Positions 38,169-42,038 of a stretch of 42,038 bases of DNA are shown in pieces. Location: the IMG/VR virus record IMGVR_UViG_3300045921_000484, positions 153,258-195,295 of that record, one strand, 5' to 3'. The stretch is from a virus. Its lineage: Duplodnaviria; Heunggongvirae; Uroviricota; Caudoviricetes. Position 1 is the first letter of the stretch. Each line of letters starts with the position of its first letter. The translations under genes were made by a program, and so were the position numbers. The notes below the pieces were generated by a model that worked only from the letters and a program-made list of their open reading frames with translations, was not told the origin of the DNA and did no database searches.

Positions 38169-38321
38169 ATGAGAAAACAGCCTCTTTACAACGATAGCGA
38201 TATTGGATATTGCGATCCAGAATGGATGGAAATTGAAAAAGTAATTTCACAAGAAATTATTGAAGAATTAAAATCCATCAATAAAGAGATAATTAAAGAA
38301 GAAAATGTAAAAGATGAATAA
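38169..38321 (+). CDS. Small acidic protein (50 aa) absent from the track
   Basis: MRKQPLYNDSDIGYCDPEWMEIEKVISQEIIEELKSINKEIIKEENVKDE*; TAATATATA at 38136-38144. Confidence 0.55.
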   Translation: MRKQPLYNDSDIGYCDPEWMEIEKVISQEIIEELKSINKEIIKEENVKDE

Positions 38322-38614
38322 ATGAAAGTAGAACTATCTATAATAATAAACCTATTAATATAGAAATCTATCAGATAGATTATTTACAACCTGATGAAAC
38401 TTAGTAATTGTTTCATACTAACATTGATTTTCTCGTTTTTTTTTGATTGACCAAATGATATTTTGATATTATTTCTTTTGAAATTTTTGGTTAAACAGCA
38501 ACCATCGTTTATATAAATATCTAATTTAATAATAGATGAATATAATCACTTTTTTGTTAAAATATAAACTTAATTTTATAAAATTATATAACCATTAAAC
38601 TCTAAAAGATTAAA

Positions 38615-39727
38615 ATGATAGTTAACTTAAAATCACAAACGGATCTTTCTGGATTCTATGTTGTATATGAAGGATCTACAAACCTTGAAAAAAAAGGATG
38701 GTATGGTATATCACATTTAATGGAACACTTAATGTGTAAAAATTTTGAACATCTTCAAGAAGACTTCGATAAAGATGGAATCGATTGGAATGCTTACACA
38801 TCATCAAATGAGATTGTATTTTATATACAAGGTCTTGATGAAAAAGTAAACAAGTGGAAAGGTGAGTTTATGAACCTGCTAGGTCAATTTAATGTAACCA
38901 AAGAACAATTTGAGAACGAAAGAAATATAGTTCTTGAAGAATATATGGATTGTTTCAATGACCAAACACAATCACACATGTTAAATCTTCATCGTAAATT
39001 ATTTAATGACTATGATCCAATTGGATTAAGACAAGATTTAGAAAATCTAAAATATATGGACTGTTTGAGGTATTTCGAATTGCAGTACGCTAATCCTTCT
39101 AAAATTATCAATGTTTCTAAAAATAAGAAATATAAGAATAATAGTATTGACTTTGTAGAAAGAAAATTTGATAAAAAATTAGAGTTTGGAAATCACAAAG
39201 TAACACTTGAGTTAAATAACGATTTCAAAGATAAAACATCAGTTGTTATTTTATCTCCAGTTATTAATGAAGATTTCGCATATGTTCACTTCATAAATGC
39301 TATGTTATCTCTTGGATTGAAATCTCCTTTATATCAGGAAATTCGTGAGAAAAGAGGATTAGTATATTATATACACTGCTACCAATCGAGAATGTGCAAT
39401 CAAGGTATCAATACAATTGCAACACAAACATCTAATAAGAATTATGATGCAGTTATTGAATCAGTGAAGGAAGTGATAACAAATCCTGATAAGTATTTAA
39501 CAAAAGAAAGATTCAATCTTGTTAAAGATTACTATAAGGTAAGAATGAAGAAGGATGAAATACTTCGATATAAAAATGTAAATCAGTGGATTAATCCTCC
39601 TAAATGGGGAGTCTATGATATTATAGACGAAGTTAGCCTTAAAAAGGTAAAGGAAGTTTATAGTAAATACTATGACTTCGATAAATTTTATATATCAAAT
39701 GATAAGAAGGAATTTAAATCTAAATAA
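38615..39727 (+). CDS. M16-family (insulinase-like) zinc peptidase
   Basis: Inverted zincin HLMEH, NAYTS, ERNIVLEE, SPLYQEIREKRGLVY. Confidence 0.9.
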   Translation: MIVNLKSQTDLSGFYVVYEGSTNLEKKGWYGISHLMEHLMCKNFEHLQEDFDKDGIDWNAYTSSNEIVFYIQGLDEKVNKWKGEFMNLLGQFNVTKEQFENERNIVLEEYMDCFNDQTQSHMLNLHRKLFNDYDPIGLRQDLENLKYMDCLRYFELQYANPSKIINVSKNKKYKNNSIDFVERKFDKKLEFGNHKVTLELNNDFKDKTSVVILSPVINEDFAYVHFINAMLSLGLKSPLYQEIREKRGLVYYIHCYQSRMCNQGINTIATQTSNKNYDAVIESVKEVITNPDKYLTKERFNLVKDYYKVRMKKDEILRYKNVNQWINPPKWGVYDIIDEVSLKKVKEVYSKYYDFDKFYISNDKKEFKSK

Positions 39728-39732
39728 AAGTT

Positions 39733-39972
39733 ATGGAAACAAAAAAAACAAAAAAACCAGTAGTTAAGAAGAATCAGGCTAAAACCGAAACAAAAACTAC
39801 TAAAGCTAGTCAGAGTAAAGTTAAAAAAACAAAAGTTCGGCTAAATGTGCTATCTGAACTCAACAAAATCGCTGAGGCTTACGGTCAAGCGATTGATGGT
39901 AAAATCAAATTTAGAAAGGTGAAAGAAATGTTCATCAAATTACACAAGGATTTAAAGAAAACATCTGAGTAA
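39733..39972 (+). CDS. Small Lys-rich protein, possibly nucleic-acid binding
   Basis: 79 aa with a K/T-rich N-terminal tail. Confidence 0.6.
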   Translation: METKKTKKPVVKKNQAKTETKTTKASQSKVKKTKVRLNVLSELNKIAEAYGQAIDGKIKFRKVKEMFIKLHKDLKKTSE

Positions 39973-39993
39973 TTTTTTAATATATAGTGAACG

Positions 39994-40716
39994 ATGCTAA
40001 TACCCTATTTAGGAGAAAAATCAAAGTTTGCTAATTTTATAATACCAAATATTCCCAAAGATATTTCTACTTATGTAGAACCATTCGGAGGAATGTTTGG
40101 TATTTTTTTCTCATTAGATTTTACAAAATATAAAAACGTTAATTTTATCTACAATGACGCTAATGAGTTGAACTATATTTTATTCAAAAGTTTAAAGTCT
40201 AATGATTTTATAGAACTAGTCAAATCAAAAAAAGTGACCAAGGAAGACTATTTAGATTCACTTAAAAATCTTTTCACTGAAAAAGATGAGCATCTTATTG
40301 CCTTAAATTGGTTAATCATACTGACTTGTTCTTCACCTTATGAGATAGGAAAGGATTCCTGGAGAAACAATAGTGAGTTCGAGATATTTAAGATGAAACA
40401 TAGAGCTTATAAATATCACATTGACAAAATATCAGAGATCCTTAATATGGATTATAAAGAAGTGATTAATAAATATGACTCACCTTCAACATTTTTCTAT
40501 ATTGATCCGCCATATATGGGTAAGGAGGAATACTATATCAATCATAATTTCACTAAAGAATCACACTATGAACTAGCAGATATATTAAATAATATACAAG
40601 GTAAGTTCTTATTGAGTTATTATTACTTTGATGGACTAGAAGATCTTTATAAGAACTGCCAAATGGATTCAAAGATTACTCTTATGGGTACAGAATATAT
40701 TATAATGAATTATTAG
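39994..40716 (+). CDS. dam: DNA adenine methyltransferase (D12/Dam class)
   Basis: PYLGEK, YVEPFGG, YND and catalytic YIDPPY; TAATATATA at 39978-39986. Confidence 0.88.
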   Translation: MLIPYLGEKSKFANFIIPNIPKDISTYVEPFGGMFGIFFSLDFTKYKNVNFIYNDANELNYILFKSLKSNDFIELVKSKKVTKEDYLDSLKNLFTEKDEHLIALNWLIILTCSSPYEIGKDSWRNNSEFEIFKMKHRAYKYHIDKISEILNMDYKEVINKYDSPSTFFYIDPPYMGKEEYYINHNFTKESHYELADILNNIQGKFLLSYYYFDGLEDLYKNCQMDSKITLMGTEYIIMNY

Positions 40717-40756
40717 ATTTTGAAAATTATAAGAGTAGGTAAGAGTTTTATCACTA

Positions 40757-41320
40757 CTATTTATATATTTCCTTTACATACTTTATTAGCTTTAATAGAT
40801 TATCGGTGTTATCAACATATTTATCTAATAATGATTCTAGAAATTTTAGTCTACCAACACGGTATGTTTCTTTACCATATGATTTGTATTCGGCATAGAT
40901 TCCTCTCTCCCATTCTAAAAGTTCTTCAAAATCTCTTTCAACAATATTCATATCATATTGATTAAACTTTTTAGATAGCATTGTTTTTGAATGATGATTT
41001 TTTGTATCAAGTATCATTTGTTTAATTTCAAGGATATCAGGATTTGATTTATCGGAACAACACTCCATAAAGAAGTCTGCACTTTTATCTTCATTATCAG
41101 TTTTCATTGGATCATAAACACAGTCATGAAATAAAGCGGTAATTAATAACTTCTCATATTCTTTTTCTGAATATTTTGACTTATCATCATTAATCTGAGA
41201 TATTAAGTCATTAAGGTGATTTAGATTATGGTAATGTCTATGTGATTCATTCCACATAGCTAGTAATGTATTAATATCACATTTGATATTCCACTTATTA
41301 AGAAGTTCTTGTAAATTCAT
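40757..41320 (-). CDS. HD-superfamily phosphohydrolase
   Basis: RHYHNLNHL...ALFHDCVYDP..DNEDKSA; TAATATATA at 41341-41349. Confidence 0.85.
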   Translation of the reverse strand: MNLQELLNKWNIKCDINTLLAMWNESHRHYHNLNHLNDLISQINDDKSKYSEKEYEKLLITALFHDCVYDPMKTDNEDKSADFFMECCSDKSNPDILEIKQMILDTKNHHSKTMLSKKFNQYDMNIVERDFEELLEWERGIYAEYKSYGKETYRVGRLKFLESLLDKYVDNTDNLLKLIKYVKEIYK

Positions 41321-41390
41321 AAAATTATTTCAACTTTAGTTATATATTAAAAATTCTTTCAATTATTTTCTTTCTATCAGAAACTCTAAC

Positions 41391-41540
41391 TTATTTTAGA
41401 TACTCTTTTTGCCATTTGAACATATTTAGACTAATTGACGAATATCCGGATCTTCGAGACTTTAATAAAACAATGTTAGTTTGTTTCATTGTGTAATCAA
41501 CATAAATAATGTTAGTGGAAGGTAAATCTAAACTTTCCAA
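41391..41540 (-). CDS. Mini-ORF with terminase-Walker-A-like motif; absent from the track
   Basis: TTG 41540 or ATG 41489: (LESLDLPSTNIIYVDYT)MKQTNIVLLKSRRSGYSSISLNMFKWQKEYLK*. Confidence 0.45.
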   Translation of the reverse strand: MESLDLPSTNIIYVDYTMKQTNIVLLKSRRSGYSSISLNMFKWQKEYLK

Positions 41541-41560
41541 TTGGATTATAAAAATTTTCT

Positions 41561-41839
41561 TTATCCATTTAATATCTCATTTAAAATGTATTCTCTTCTA
41601 TTTGAAGTTACTTGACTAATTAGTAGTTCATTTAATTGACTATCTTGGATAGATGTAGAATTTTTTGCAAACTTAGCCAATTTATTCTTAAATCTATTAA
41701 GAAGGAGTTGTCTAAAAAGACAAGTTGAGTCACTCATCTGAAAGTAATTATTTTCCCATTTTTTAACACCATATTTATATTTATGTTCAGATATATACAA
41801 TTTCCCAAAAAAGACATCTCCTGAATTTATAATATACAA
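41561..41839 (-). CDS. Hypothetical protein ending NRREYILNEILNG
   Basis: 92-aa ORF with a TTG start; the C-terminal motif is related to the R-x-x-(K/I)-I/L tail. Confidence 0.6.
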   Translation of the reverse strand: MYIINSGDVFFGKLYISEHKYKYGVKKWENNYFQMSDSTCLFRQLLLNRFKNKLAKFAKNSTSIQDSQLNELLISQVTSNRREYILNEILNG

Positions 41840-42036
41840 AGTATCTTTATCCTTAAAGGATCGAAAACATAATATTGAATAGAAACAAAATCTTTACCCT
41901 CGTTTATTACTGCATACATTTTATCAAAATCGTATTTTAATGGCTTACCATTAATATCTAATGTACCTTCAGGCAAGGGTTTATTATAGGCTTTTATTGT
42001 TTTTTTATTTCCTAACAAATCTGTAACAGTTAAATC
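41827..42036 (-). CDS. 5'-truncated hypothetical protein
   Basis: The frame stays open to the window end (…DLTVTDLLGNKK…). Confidence 0.55.
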   Translation of the reverse strand, partial: DLTVTDLLGNKKTIKAYNKPLPEGTLDINGKPLKYDFDKMYAVINEGKDFVSIQYYVFDPLRIKILCIL

Positions 42037-42038
42037 AA

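Noticed and set aside
38169-38321. Resemblance of EKVISQEIIEELKSINKEII to the gp23 C-terminal-half helix (EL..IL..EI..EI.REV)
   Set aside because: Needs a gap and consists of common E/I/K residues; too weak to count as another capsid fragment without a profile search.
1-42038. tRNA, rRNA, integrase, transposase, intron or intein
   Set aside because: No cloverleaf-like or T-loop (GTTCGA) context, and no catalytic motifs of these classes recognised by eye; tRNAscan-SE or Infernal would be needed to exclude them fully.

Overview
Very AT-rich (GC roughly 25-30% by eye, not computed) segment of what is most likely a large T4-like (jumbo/mega) phage genome, in standard code 11, with both end genes truncated by the window. 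It has three kinds of content. (1) Long virion-structural and tail-fibre-like genes (2-17 kb and 27-35 kb). (2) Replication and host-takeover genes: an SbcC/gp46-like SMC ATPase, a ribosomal protein S1 homologue, a Dam-type methyltransferase, a CoaE-like kinase, M16 and M28 peptidases, an HD hydrolase and a T5orf172 nuclease. (3) Many small accessory genes, several missing from the supplied ORF track. Four patterns stand out. First, at least nine otherwise mostly unrelated genes start with an MK-x-x-x-x-F-x-E(S) leader resembling the T4 capsid-targeting sequence, most directly behind a TAATATATA promoter-like motif. Second, mini-ORFs carry isolated conserved motifs that resemble the major capsid protein (Gol region), portal, terminase Walker A and possibly scaffold, several fused to an R-x-x-K-I-x-x-I tail; these are candidate decoys or remnants of head-assembly proteins. 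Third, two tandem LRR-like paralogues have 11 versus 5 copies of a 63-bp unit with variation concentrated at a few positions. Fourth, several small genes are broken by single-base frameshifts while all long genes are intact. No tRNA, rRNA, CRISPR array, integrase, transposase or reverse transcriptase was recognised. All homology calls are from motif recognition and memory of the families, not from database searches.
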